Shown here: positions 62,941-64,000 of the stretch, piece by piece
Numbering within the stretch: the first letter of the stretch is position 1
How the letters are laid out: the number at the start of each line of letters is the position of its first letter
NCBI GenBank assembly: GCA_030390025.1
Contig: CM059425.1
Span: forward strand, 172,858,001 to 172,922,000
Length of the DNA: 64,000 nt
Reading direction: 5' to 3'
Source of the DNA: Squalus acanthias
Lineage: Eukaryota
Position numbers and translations under genes: made by a program
The notes under the pieces: model-generated
What the model saw: only the letters and a program-made list of their open reading frames with translations
What the model was told of the DNA's origin: nothing
Database searches by the model: none

Positions 62941-63399
62941 GCAATAAAATATAAAAAGAGTCCAAAAGCTAAAATCCAAACTTACCTGAAAGATGCATGT
63001 GACCTTTTAAGAAGTGCGAACAGCGTCTTTGCAGGGCTGCTACACGCACGCTTTTCAGTGCGTAATCAGGACACAGCGTAATGGAGAGCGAGATCGTCCA
63101 AATTAGCGGTCATGGCGTCAAATCAGGCGTTGCACGCCAATTGACGTCACGATCTGCTTCTTTAAATTTGAGAGGCCAGCACTATTAACGGCAGCGCTGT
63201 GGCCCTTACCAAAATGGCGGCTACTGTGTCCTATGCCAGAAGCAAGGCGACCACCGTTTTTTCTACAAAACCAGCCTTAACAGCATCGAATTTCTAGGCC
63301 TTTGAAAATGATTTTCAAGAAGTATTAAATACTTTTTGATTGTACTCTGCTGCTTTACTGTCAAGGACAGCTACTTTCACCTCTCCTCTGGCATTCAGC

Positions 63400-63900
63400 T
63401 CGTGTGTTCATGTCTGGATCAAGGCTGCGATGAGCTGAGTAATTCTGGTGAGTAGGGTATTGATGAGTAGGTGTCGATTGATTGCACTACTGATGACTCC
63501 TTCCATCGTTATATTGATAATTAGTGGACTGATAGGGCAGCAATTGCCAGGGTAGATTTATCCTGTTGTTTTATGGATAGGACATATCTGAGAAATCTTT
63601 CACATTCTTGGGTAGCTGCCAGTGTCATGGCTGCGTTGGAACAGTGTGACCTTTCCAGCAATGGACAGGTCTATCCCTGTGGAAGATCCGGCAGAAGTTA
63701 TGGTGAGTGAGCAGGAGAACCCCAGTGGAAATTTCCCCTCTGGCATTTTCCCTTGAGCATTTCCCTTTACCTGTGTTATTAGGACAAAGGCAAGGAAGAT
63801 CAGAAGCAACAATGAAGGGAGACTGATCAGGCTCCATTGGTGTTGTCACATACTCATGCCACTGTATCTGCAGATCCAGGCAGTCTTATCTGAACCTCAA
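63400..63900 (-). mobile_element. Degraded fragment of the 25594-28558 LINE family
   Basis: Reverse-complement similarity to the DKSNPANYRPISLLSII region. Confidence 0.6.
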
Positions 63901-64000
63901 TATTCGCCAATACTTATCACAGAATCATACTGCACAGAAGGAGGCCATTCGGCTCATTGTGCCTGTGTTGACTCTTTGAAAAAGCTATCCAATTAGTCCC

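Larger units (their letters stand above)
59428..63301. mobile_element. PIF/Harbinger transposon with convergent Myb/SANT and transposase genes, decayed
   Basis: Imperfect TIRs (GAGGCTAAATTTG / CGAATTTCTAGGCCT); both gene remnants are present. Confidence 0.82.

Noticed and set aside
1..64000. CRISPR array, rRNA or prokaryotic operon
   Set aside because: No regularly spaced repeats or rRNA-like sequence; the window is intron-containing vertebrate DNA.

Overview
Eukaryotic, repeat-dense genomic DNA. The mix of repeats (DeuSINE/SacSINE1-like SINEs, many CR1 and L2 LINEs, Penelope-type tails) suggests a cartilaginous fish; this is inference. The only host gene is the 3' end of Golgi alpha-mannosidase II (MAN2A1) on the + strand: five phase-consistent coding exons (3899-4040, 6429-6562, 16009-16206, 31546-31656, 31904-32056) and a long AT-rich 3' UTR reaching about 35.4 kb. 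Nearly everything else is transposable-element derived: nested CR1/L2/other LINEs, at least six PIF/Harbinger elements or remnants (two with spliced Myb/SANT genes), palindromic MITEs, a GC-rich truncated CsRN1-like Gypsy LTR element, and Penelope-like elements. The most interesting signal is a set of short, TSD-flanked, fold-back Penelope-derived insertions. Two of them carry minimal hammerhead-ribozyme cores on the MAN2A1 sense strand. No wholly new protein system can be supported from the sequence alone.
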